Position numbers and translations under genes: made by a program
Part shown: positions 53,108 through 64,000 of the stretch, piece by piece
Numbering within the stretch: the stretch's first letter is position 1
Layout of the letters: the number at the start of each line of letters is the position of its first letter
Notes under the pieces: model-generated
Databases searched by the model: none
What the model was told of the DNA's origin: nothing
What the model saw: only the letters and a program-made list of their open reading frames with translations
Assembly (NCBI GenBank): GCA_964016885.1
Contig: OZ024741.1
Location: forward strand, 294,872,001 to 294,936,000
Direction: 5' to 3'
Source of the DNA: Eledone cirrhosa
Lineage: Eukaryota
Length of the DNA stretch: 64,000 nucleotides

Positions 53108-55053
53108 CTGAGATGTTTTGCAATGGTATTCGTTCTGGCTCTTTGTATTCAATTCAAATTATTCTGTGGTGAGACTTAATCCTTTACCTGGATTCATAGC
53201 AGCTCTCCAGTTTGAGGATACATTCCTTAATCACTCTCTCCCAACAATCTGAAAAGGATCATGGCATTGTTATCATGATTAAGAGAGTAAAAATAAAGCC
53301 AGAGAAACAAATGCCAGTAGGAAACACGGGCCATCTATATATAACTGACAATGAAAAGTCACAGTAATACTCCACAACTACATATCACAAATTTTCACAT
53401 TGAAACTCGCATGAAAAGTCCTTCAGCCAGAGGCCATTATGAAGTATTTCATTTTGGAAAGAGAGATGGAAATGTTCTCAGCTAGTTAATATTAACCCCC
53501 CAAAATGACTATATTTCTAAGGACATGCACCTTATTTCAGTTAATTAATGAAATATTTTGATAGATTTATTAAACTTATTTCATTTCTATGATAGTAACT
53601 TAATGTATGGTTCTTTTATAAAATGATCTTGGAAGATTTAATTTAGAAATCTTTTAGAATGAGTGGATTTGTTTCATGCTATCGGGAGCCTATTAGTGCT
53701 ATATTGGTTAAAGTGATGTGGATACTGATAAAGTCCACATCATTTGTGTGTGAGGCTGTCACCCAAGTTTAAAAGTTGCATCTTCATGTTTTAACTCCAT
53801 TCAAAATTTTAGTCTTCACATCTGCAAAAATTAATAGATCGCTAACAATAACAAACAAGTGAACAAAAACGATGAATTTATGTGATTCACTTATGCATCA
53901 TCTTAATTTAAAGGTATTTCATTCCAAATGAATAGGATCAAGTGGTGATTACTGGAATGGAGGGATTTCTGTAGTATGCATATATATGAATTAATAGAAC
54001 TAAATATAGAAGAGTAAAAGTCTAAAAATAACAGTAAGTATGCAGAAGCAAACAAATGACAATTTAGTGTGAGATAAAGTTGACTTAACTGGGTTACAAC
54101 AGAGAGAAAATGGTTCTGAAAAATATCATAGGATTATTGAGGAAATGAAGAAACATGAGGAGAAAAGGAGAAATGAGACATCAAACCATATGTTTATTAA
54201 ATAGTCAAAAATAAATTGCTAAAAAGATAAGAATGTATCAAAATGTAAGCTATTGTAAGACTGTTTCTATGAATAATAAAACAAAGATATTGTCCAAAAC
54301 AACATTCATAGAACTAGAAATGGAATCATGAATATTTCTAAAGAAATTGCTTTCACTTGATGCTACATATAATGATAGAAACAAACACAATGCATTTAAA
54401 AAGAACATAAAAACATAAACAAATGTTTTATATTTAATCAATACAGCTAATCAACACACATATATATACTTAACTGCAATTCTACATTTATACTAAAAGA
54501 ACCATAATAGCGAAATACGCACACAAACACAATTGCATTCAATTCAATTTTGTTAATGTCCATTTGATATAAAGAGAAACATTTTGGTATTATAAAATGA
54601 AATGGGACCAATTACTGTATCATTATATCTCTTCAATTTTTGGTTAGCATGTCATATTATTCATAGTACAGGTTAGAACTGTTAAAACTGGTTTTCCATG
54701 GGTTAAAAACTCCCATAGTTTGGCACATTTTAAATTTGCCTATTTGTACTATTTTTGTACCATTACTGTTTATATTATATGAAACTATAAGAACCTCATT
54801 TGTGATTAGTAGAATGGCAGAATTGTTAGAGCATTGGGAAAATGCTTGTATTTATTTTAGCTCTTTACATTCCAAGTTCAAATTCTACCAAAGTCAACTT
54901 TATCTTTTATCCTTCTGTGTTGATAAAATAACATACCAGACAAGTACTTGGATCAATTTGATTGGCTATGTTTATATTAATTGTATTATTTCCTATTTCA
55001 AGCCTTGTTTTAGCTTTAATGAGACATCAGTATGTATGTATATATGTATATAT

Positions 55054-55125
<72 letters not shown>

Positions 55126-55175
55126 TATATATATATAAAAGAAATAGGATTTCGATTCAAGCATAACTTTATACA

Positions 55176-55895
55176 ATCATCATCATCATCATCATCACCG
55201 TTTTACGTCCGTTCTTCCACGCTAGCATGGGTTAGACGGGTTGTCCTGTTGTGGGCAGTGTCTGGTCGGCTGACCATGCCTTGCTCATACAGGAACTGAT
55301 TTGGCTTGATTTCTACAGCTGGATGCCCTTCCTAACACCAACCTCATTTACAGTGAGTGCTGGGTGCTTTTTCGTGGTGCCTACACATCCACTTTACAGT
55401 GTGGGCTGGGTGCTTTTTTGCCGTGGCACCTCCACGACCACCTTGCAGTGGGAGGGTGTGGGGGCATATTGTCTATATGCTTCAGCTTGTACCCATGGGA
55501 GGTCGGGTACTCTGTATTACTGCGTGACGCCAGAGGTCACGGTCGTGTCATCGCCTTTGAGAGGTGTAGTTGGGTAAGGTCGGCTTTTATCACCTCATCC
55601 CAAGTCATCTTGGGTCTCCCCACTCCGCGGTTTCCATCAACTTCTAGTGCTCTGCACCTTTTTATGCAGCTGTCATCCTTCATACGCATCACATGTCCAT
55701 ACCAGCGTAACCGCCTCTCCTGCACACAGCATTTGATTCCTCTTATGCTCAGTCTCTCTCTCAATTCATTTATGCTTTGTCGTTCACGTATATTACTATT
55801 ACACATCCATCGGAGCATGCAGGCTTCGTTTCTCTCTAATTTACGTAAGTCTTCCACCTTCAGCGCCCAGGTCTCACTACCATGTAACATTGCTG
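55176..55895 (-). mobile_element. RTE family C, 3' fragment with (GAT)n tail
   Basis: [10 protein letters not shown]...RRLRWYGHVMR..GRPK. The 3'UTR matches 24355-24672. Confidence 0.92.
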
Positions 55896-57299
55896 AATGA
55901 AATGAAATGGCAAAACTCTGTTTATATACAGGCTACCCTTAGGTGGTCAATTGCCATTATTAATTGTATTATTTTCCGTTTTAAACCTTATTCTATACAT
56001 CAGTATATATATGTGGAATGTGATGACAAGACTATGTTTACATAGACCCCCCCCCCTATCCTTCAAGGTCAATTTTTATTTTCCATAATTTTCCATGGTT
56101 AGGCAATAGTTTGAAGGTTGCCAGGCTTTAGCGGTCCAACCTGTACTGAAATAATGATGATTTTTACATCACCGCTAGTTTATTAAATTAAAATATATGT
56201 GCACTATCTAGATGAATGTTCGGTGAGAGAGCCAGGATATGTCCACTTTATTGACTCGAAATATCAGATAAATTGCCCTCTAATCTTTGACTTCTGTATG
56301 GCACATTGGACAACTTATTTTCTCATATACAAAAAGGCAGGATGATTAGGGCCAACCAGAGTGGAAACAAAAACAACTACAACAATAACATGAATATACA
56401 TGATATCTATTTATATATCAGTTGGAACAATTGTTACACTGCTAAGGCTGCAATATACATTGCACCGACACTTTGCATACAACATTTACACTGAACCAAT
56501 ATTTTGAATTGATCTTTTCTAGTCTGAGTAGATAAGCCACATGCTGGTTCTTCACATCGTATTTTCATAGGGAAAAAAGTGAGACTTATAGACAACTATA
56601 TATGGCAATATCTTGATTGATAGACTTAATCTGTTAGCCAGTTTAAAATATTGATATTACATTCCTCTTTTCCACCCTGACTAAACAGTAAAAAAGACCA
56701 GTGTGTAAGGTTCATAAAATTTCTACAATTTTCCCTCACTTTTCCGTAAGTATATATGGTAAATAGATGTTTACACATGTATAGATAGTAAATTATGGCC
56801 CTGATATATAGATTTTGTACAAACTCAATCTTGAGGTACCTTGTTAAGTTTGGTTTGTGCAACATCTATATTTGAAAGTAGTGTTCAACATTTAAACTTG
56901 ACAAAGTATATTTATGTAATTGAATATTCAGAAAAGTAAATAGAAAACTCATTTCTAAAGACTGTTTTCAACACCTCAAATTTGTTGTTCTTTCAAATTT
57001 TGTATAGCCAATTTTTGAATTTGTTGTTTAATTTAGACCTACATAAATTAAATTATTAAATGAGATCTAACAAAAATTTGAATGTGTGTAGTAATACATT
57101 CTAAAATAGCTTAAATGAATGGTCCGTTATTGATTATTCATAGAATCAGGCTTTATTTACATTGTTGAAACATAGACACACACACATAGGCAGACAGACA
57201 CACACATACATACAGACGCAATAATTCAGACATAAACAGACAAACACATAGATAGACGGACACAGAAAGACAGACAGATAGACACATATACACAGCTAG

Positions 57300-57470
57300 A
57301 GACATGACCATAAGTTTAAGAAGTATGTGTCAGAACCATGGAGCTTCAGTTTGAACCCCAATGTGCAGTGCCTTGGGCATATCTTCTACTTTTGCCTTAG
57401 ACTAACTATTGCATTTGGAATTAATTTAGAGTTGAACTGAGAGAGAAACTATAAGAAAGCCCATCATCAA
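57300..57470 (+). mobile_element. Old SINE remnant (CORE-like)
   Basis: Degenerate tRNA head followed by gccttgggcat.tcttctac and gaaact.taagaaagccc.tc. Confidence 0.45.
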
Positions 57471-57820
57471 CTGAGAGAGTAACTGGGCATAAAAGGGGTT
57501 AGATGCATTGTGCTGGAGAGGAGATTGCCTTCTATCCATTTGAGGTCAATAAAAAAAAAGCACCAGTTAAGTACTGGGGAGAATTCTTCATTTCTCACCT
57601 CCATTCGCTCATTCTCTTTTCTTCTCTGGGAGACATGTGATGTATTCATACATTGGACTTCGCCAGGTTTAAAATTGCCCTTGAAATGCCATATGTCAAT
57701 ACAGTGCCTCTACGACTACCTCAGGAGTTACAGGACCATTGCATGCATGCATATTGTCAAGACATGGATTTTGCATACACAAAATGTGAATCTTAAATAG
57801 AATTTAGACATTGTATAATA

Positions 57821-60606
57821 ATCATCATCATCATCATCATCAACGTTTAACGTCCGTGTTCCACGCTTGCATGGGTTTGGACGGGGGTAGTCCCACTTGA
57901 GGCAAGAGTGATTGTCTTGCTCGCATAGGACTGTCTGGCAGGTTTTCTACAGTTGGATGCCCTTCCTAACACCAACCACATTTACAGTGTGGGTCTGGGA
58001 GGTTTTTACCGTGTTGCCTACACGGCCACATTACAGCGTGGACTGTGTGTTTTTTTGTCGTGACACCTACACGATCTCATTTGTTTCGGCCTCGATGGCG
58101 CGGCACCAACATAACTTTACATAGAACGGGGTGGTATGGATGGGGTGGGGGTGGTGGCGGGACGGGGTGTATTTTGTTAGAGATGCCTACTGGCAAGGCG
58201 GGTCTTCTCTGTTACTGAGTACCGCCAAAGGTCTCGGTCCAGTGACATTGTCTTGGAGAGGTGTAAGTGTGTGAGGTCGGAGTTTATCAGCTCATCCCAT
58301 GTTTTTCTAGGTCTGCCTATTCCGTGGCTACCGTCTATCTTTATTGCCCTGCACTTTGTTATACAGCTATCGACTTTCATGCGCATCACGTGTCCATACC
58401 AACGCAGCCTTCTCTCGAGTAAACAACATCTGATCCCTCTTATCTCTAATTTTTTCCTTAGTTCGTTTATACTTTGCCGTTCACGTATATTACTGTTACA
58501 CATCCAGCGGAGCATGCAAGCTTCGTTCCTCTCTAGTCTGCGTATATCCTCTGCACACAATGCCCAGGTCTCACTACCATGCAACATTGCTGTTCGTATG
58601 CAGGCATCGTACAACCTGCCTTTCATTTTTAGGGAGAACCCTTTAGCAGCTAATAGTGGTATAAGCTCTCTGAACTTTTTCCAACCAGTTCTGACTCTAG
58701 CTACAGTACTTTCAGAGCACCCTCCCCCACTGCTGATTTTATCGCCCAGGTAACGGAAGCTGTCCACTATTTCTATAGAACCCTCTGCGCAATTGAAAGA
58801 GCTAGTATTTTGTGGGCACTTGCTGCTACTTATTGCACCAGAACACCGGCCACATGTAAAATCTATGTTCTTAGTTAGCTTACCTGTGATCCCACTACAT
58901 CTTTTATGCACCCATACTTTGCATTTAGGACATAAAATGGAGTTTCTACCTACGCCTTTCCTACACACCGAGCACGACCATTTCCCAGAAGGGACCGCTG
59001 CCTTGTTTTCTTTCCTACAAACTAGAACTTTGGTCTTAGCCAGGTTAATTTTAAGTCCTTTTGACTCTAGGCCGTGCTTCCATGTTTGGAATTTCTTCTC
59101 TAGCTCGGCCATTGATTCCGCTATGAGTGTCAGGTCGTCTGCGTATAGGAGTTCCCATGGGCAGCCTGTCTTGAACTCCTCTGTTATAGCCTGAAGGGCA
59201 ATAATAAATAGTAGGGGGCCGAGAACAGAGCCCTGATGGACGCCAACTTTTACGCTAAACTCTTCACTATATTCGTTGTTAATTCTAACCTTGCTGACTG
59301 TTTCTTTATACATGGCTTGTATAGCCCTCACAAGCCATTCGTCAACGCCTAGTTTTCTAAGAGCCCACCAGATAATGGAGCGGGGGACTCTGTCGAAGGC
59401 TTTCTCCAGGTCGACAAAAGCTAAGTAGAGGGGTCTACCTTTAGCTAGGTACTTCTCCTGTAGTTGTCGTACTATGAAAAGGGCGTCTGTGGTGCTTTTG
59501 CCTGACACAAACCCGAACTGCATTTCATCTAGGTCAATTCTCTCTCTGATTAGTTGCGCTATTACTTTTTCCGTGACCTTCATGACCTGGTCGATTAATT
59601 TAATGCCTCTATAGTTACTCCTATCTAGGGCGTCTCCTTTACCCTTATAACAGTTAACGATGATGCTGCTATGCCAGTCCTTCGGAACAACCCCATTCTG
59701 TACGACTTGGTTAACTATGCGGGTGACCATGGTGTGTCCCACCGTGCCAGATGCCTTCAGCATCTCAGCAACTATTTCCGAAGGCCCAGCCGCCTTACCC
59801 GTCTTCATATCCTTGATTGCCTTACTTATTATACTCCCCTCGACTAACACTGCTGGTCCCTCTATCGGGTCGATATGGGGGAGACTGTCTTTCTCCCATT
59901 TATTCTCCTCATTTAGTAGCCTTTCATAGTGACACTTCCAAGCTACCTTCTTATCAGTGTCGGTGATGGCAAGTATGCCATCATCGTTAAGTACACACTT
60001 CTCCCCGACAATATCACGGTTTTCCTTGACGCATTGCCTGGCAATCCTGAACACCTCACGTTTTTGGTCATCGCGTTGTAGAACATGCTTGAACTTTCTT
60101 TCCTCAGCTTCCCTTCTTGCTAAGTACACTTCTCTCCTAGCTTCCCTCCTGGCCACTTGATAGTCTACTCTACTTCCCCCATCCCGCCATACTTTCCAAG
60201 CCTGCTTTTTGGCCTTAATTGACCCCTCCACCCTACTGTTCCACCACCAAGTTACTCTCCTCCTGCCTACAGGCCTGCTCCAGCCACAGACTTCGTCTGT
60301 CGCCAACAGCAGGTTTGCTTTCAGAAATTCCCACTGTCCCTCTATATTGTCCGATTCTAGATGCTCTTCCTTACTGTCGAAAGCATCAAGTAATATGCTT
60401 TGAAATTTATTTCTGGCTGTGGGGTCCTTTAGTTTCCATATTTTCCTCCTGAGGATAGTCCTCTTCTGCTGTCGAGTACGTCTCGTCCTGACTATGAGGT
60501 CGCTAATTATCAGTCTATGTTGGGAGGTGCATTCTTCATGGGGGAGGGATTTAGTGTTTACGACAGACACTCTGTCACGTCTTCTGGTAAGGATGTATAT
60601 ATCAAT
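57821..60606 (-). mobile_element. RTE-clade LINE, family A, 5'-truncated, intact RT frame
   Basis: Near-identical to 597-2750. Possible TSD AATTTAGACATTG (57801-57813) / AATTTACACATTG (60604-60616). Confidence 0.95.
58177..60570 (-). CDS. RTE ORF (end of endonuclease, reverse transcriptase, C4HC3 finger), 797 aa open
   Basis: SQHRLII, WWWN, GKAAGP, NYRGIKL, DLEKAFD, GVHQGS, YADD, FRYLG, GRPRKTW. Confidence 0.92.
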   Translation of the reverse strand: MSVVNTKSLPHEECTSQHRLIISDLIVRTRRTRQQKRTILRRKIWKLKDPTARNKFQSILLDAFDSKEEHLESDNIEGQWEFLKANLLLATDEVCGWSRPVGRRRVTWWWNSRVEGSIKAKKQAWKVWRDGGSRVDYQVARREARREVYLARREAEERKFKHVLQRDDQKREVFRIARQCVKENRDIVGEKCVLNDDGILAITDTDKKVAWKCHYERLLNEENKWEKDSLPHIDPIEGPAVLVEGSIISKAIKDMKTGKAAGPSEIVAEMLKASGTVGHTMVTRIVNQVVQNGVVPKDWHSSIIVNCYKGKGDALDRSNYRGIKLIDQVMKVTEKVIAQLIRERIDLDEMQFGFVSGKSTTDALFIVRQLQEKYLAKGRPLYLAFVDLEKAFDRVPRSIIWWALRKLGVDEWLVRAIQAMYKETVSKVRINNEYSEEFSVKVGVHQGSVLGPLLFIIALQAITEEFKTGCPWELLYADDLTLIAESMAELEKKFQTWKHGLESKGLKINLAKTKVLVCRKENKAAVPSGKWSCSVCRKGVGRNSILCPKCKVWVHKRCSGITGKLTKNIDFTCGRCSGAISSSKCPQNTSSFNCAEGSIEIVDSFRYLGDKISSGGGCSESTVARVRTGWKKFRELIPLLAAKGFSLKMKGRLYDACIRTAMLHGSETWALCAEDIRRLERNEACMLRWMCNSNIRERQSINELRKKLEIRGIRCCLLERRLRWYGHVMRMKVDSCITKCRAIKIDGSHGIGRPRKTWDELINSDLTHLHLSKTMSLDRDLWRYSVTEKTRLASRHL

Positions 60607-62141
60607 TTACACATTGAGTATTTAGACATGTAAACATGACAAATATACATATTTCCTTGTAAATTGAAAGTGTGATGAATGTTTTTAATCAGTTTTCAAA
60701 TCTAGTTGAGTTGACATCAGAAGCTATGGATATCATCTTAACAACCACTAGAAAATATGTAACCAAGGAATTTATATACCCTAACACTTATAATAATATC
60801 CTAAAATGGATGTGTAAATTTGCATATTATTAATGTTTATGTTGGTATGTAATTTTGATATATAAAAGGGTAAAGACCCCTTTTAACCGAAAATGACCAT
60901 GGGGTTTGCAACTAGAAAGTTCCCCTCTGAGGCACAATCCTGAGCAAAGTGATTTTTGTGGAAAATAGTAGTTGCCCATGCATACTAGTCTCTCTGCTCC
61001 AAGCCACTGATGATATCCAAGGGAAAAGCAATGGACGATACTGTTTGGCACCAGTGATGTCACAACACATTTCTACAGCTGAGTAAACTGGAGCAACATG
61101 AACTAAAGTGTCTTGTTCAAGGACACAACACATCACCCTGTCTGGGAATTGAACTCACAACCTCATAATTTAATTTTGTTTTCAATCTATGAGGAAGTAT
61201 GTGTATTTGGCATGTTTACATGTCTGTATACTCCATGTTTAAACTTATATACACATTTATGCAATATCAGTTACCACTATAATTCATATATACACTTATA
61301 TATTTATCAAATAAATTATATCTCATTTGAAAATATTTACTTTGGACATGAGTTCCCCAACCTTTTGACTAGTAATATTTCATCAAAACCAGTTTCTCAA
61401 AGATTCTGTATAAAAAGGGTGTCTAAGCTTTTTATGATGGATGTATAAAGAACTCTTGAACCCTTCAAACGATTAAAGTGCTTGGAATCATTCATCTATT
61501 ACTTTTCTTCCCTTTAGCTTGGGTAGATGCTTCTAAAATTAGCGAATTAAAGAATCAGTGATGCAAACTGCTAACGCTCAAATGGAAAAATATATTTCTT
61601 GAAGTGATTCCGACTGACAGGGGGTCAACATTTTAGTGTAAACAGCAAAACTAAAAAGTGCAACTGATGAACCTGGATTGTCAGACTTCTCAGAATATGC
61701 ATTCACTGCTTACAGCATTCTATTAAGCAATTCCATGGTTGAGTGTTTTTGAGTGTAATCATCACTAAAACTACACAGAAAAATAGGATGGAGTTGGATC
61801 TACATTCATCAATTTTAAGATTAAAAATGAAGCTTGAAGAACAAATGTTATTGTGATTTTTATTCCTAGTGAAACCAGGCTGAAGTATAACTGAAGGCAT
61901 TTATGAAATCAAGATAAAAATTTATGAAAAAAGACTAAAATGCTTGATGCATTATAATTTTAATTTTAAAGGGTAAAAACAAATCCTACAAAATAACATA
62001 CAATTATCCATTAAATTAGAACTGACCTATAGATAATTCTTACATGCTTTTTTTTTTTTATTACTTTCAAAATTTCTATTTTGGGCAATTAGCTACGTTT
62101 TGAAAATGTTATGCTTCATTTTTATGAAATTGAACTTAAGT

Positions 62142-62589
62142 TTAACCCTTTTATTACCCTATTTCTGTTAAAAGACACTGCCTGTGAAATCATTTTGAAA
62201 ATAATCAAGAATTTGGAGGGATTTAATAATATAACTTTATCATTATCATGTATGTGTTTGTAAGGGCGGTGGATTGGCAGTATCGGTAGAGAGTCGGACA
62301 CAATGCTTTGCAGCATAGAGTTACAGTCCTTTATCGTCTGAGTTCAAATCCCGCCGAGGTTAACTTTGCCTTTCATCCTTACAGGGTCGATAAAATAAAG
62401 TACCAGTAATGCACTGGGTGATTGCTGGCCTTGTGCCAAAAGTAGAAACAATTATGATGTATGTGTTTGGAACATAACTTCTTACATAGAATTATAATGG
62501 AAAGATTTTAGATAAGCACTTTAAATCAAGCAGTTTTGTGTTGTAGAATCAGTGGTGGTTTCAGTTGGTTTGGTATCAAAAGGGGTTAA
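62142..62589. mobile_element. piggyBac-like MITE (TTAA TSD) interrupted by a SINE
   Basis: TTAA-CCCTTTTATTACC ... GGTATCAAAAGGGG-TTAA. Confidence 0.65.
62261..62456 (+). mobile_element. Full-length tRNA-head SINE with Nin/Deu-like domain, 13-bp TSD
   Basis: A box tggcagtatcgg, B box gagttcaaatcc, core gcctttcatccttacagggtcgataaaataaagtaccag. TSD ATGTATGTGTTTG at 62248-62260 and 62457-62469. Confidence 0.88.
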
Positions 62590-63576
62590 TGGATAAGTTA
62601 GTAACTTGGTGTTGAGGAAAGCAGTGTTTTATATACCTGTTAGTACTGACATGCCAGGAAGAACTTTATTTAGTCAATACAAAATTTATTTTTAAATGTG
62701 ATTTGATTTCTAGAAATTAAAAGATTCTAGAAACCTAGAAATTTACAATTTATTTATTTATTTAATCAATTTAAACGTCTAGATAGAGCTAGTAAGCCAT
62801 AACAGACTAGGGAAGTATCTAGTACTTACAGTTGAGAAACAAAAAAACAAGATATACAGAAATAAGAGAATATAAAAGTAGAAATTTAAAAAAGTAAAAT
62901 AAAAAAAATTGAATAGGGAAGGGCAACAAGTGCAAAATAAGCATAAAAAGATAAAGAGAAATGTAATATTGAGAAGTGGTAGCAGCAGCAGTAGTAAAAG
63001 ACATGTGCACATTCCAGAAAATAGTAATTTTAAGATCTGTAAACACAGTTTAGGCATTCTCACACAGCACCTGTTGAACATATACTTTTTGTTAACTTTA
63101 AACATGTGGGTTAACACTTGAAGAATCTTGTTAACCTTGAATATTATGCAATGCCTTTACATATATTTTCCATTGAACATGTTTAACTTTGGATATTTTC
63201 ATTAACCATGAAGATCATTGTTGACTTTGCATACTCCTATTCAATTTTCCATGATGTACCTGATATTTGTTCCAAGAAAGGAAACTCTCTGTGTTTTATT
63301 CAAACTACGAAACCTGAATTATCATCATCATAATTGCATTCAATATTCATACTTGCATGGGTTAGATGAGACATTTGAAAAAGGTTTTCTACAGCCAGAT
63401 GTCTTTCATGATGCTAACCCATAACATTATAAGTGCGGTTTATATAATGCTGACATTCATCAAACCACTATGATGCAGGATGTGTTGTTTATGGAAAATA
63501 TAAACAACTATCAGCACTGATTTTTATAAACAACTTTGATATGACATTTGCAGTGACTAGCAAACAGTTGTGCATG

Positions 63577-63615
<39 letters not shown>

Positions 63616-64000
63616 TATGGATTTGTGTGATAAATATGCATGAAGTAAGGATTCATATACAATAATAGTCAATATAATAATTTTTCAGCAATTGTGTGTG
63701 TATATATATATATACATACATACATTTATCATGGCCAATTATGATTAAATAGTAAGTCATATTACTCTGGAATTTCACCTGAACACAAAGTAAAACTCCA
63801 GGGTAATAAGACTCACTATTTAATCATAATACTTTATTGAGTACACCTTTCCCTCAGCTGTCAACTACTCACAGATATATATATATGTATGCTTTTATGT
63901 ACACCTCTATTATGCTTAACGCTGTTGTAGTGCTATTGCCAATTAAAATATGTTCACAGAAGAAAAAGAGAAAAATAATTTTTTCGTATCAAAAATATTT

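Overview
Eukaryotic, very AT-rich, repeat-dense animal DNA. The repeat complement (very long interrupted (TA)n arrays, RTE LINEs with (GAT)n tails, tRNA-head SINEs, Penelope-like elements) looks molluscan, most like an octopus/cephalopod genome; this taxon call is inference. No host protein-coding gene can be supported. Zone 1 (1 to ~30.1 kb) is a compound (TA)n microsatellite field with about 20 nested insertions: a Penelope-like element (PLE; RT + GIY-YIG) forming a 1.48-kb-arm inverted repeat, two smaller fold-back insertions of the same PLE family, four RTE families, a CR1-like 3' end, a Tc1/mariner fragment, SINEs, and an internally deleted RTE derivative with a candidate HDV-like ribozyme. 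Zone 2 (~30.1-64 kb) is ordinary intergenic/intronic DNA with older SINEs, MITEs, LINE relics and one long RTE ORF. Main findings, read by eye: (1) at least five unrelated families of minimal type I hammerhead ribozyme motifs (9 copies with an intact core plus degenerate relics), all inside short inserts in the (TA)n field; (2) three independent PLE insertions that share the same asymmetric pair of inverted termini, suggesting a reproducible fold-back integration mechanism into (TA)n. None of the ribozyme folds has been computed or tested.
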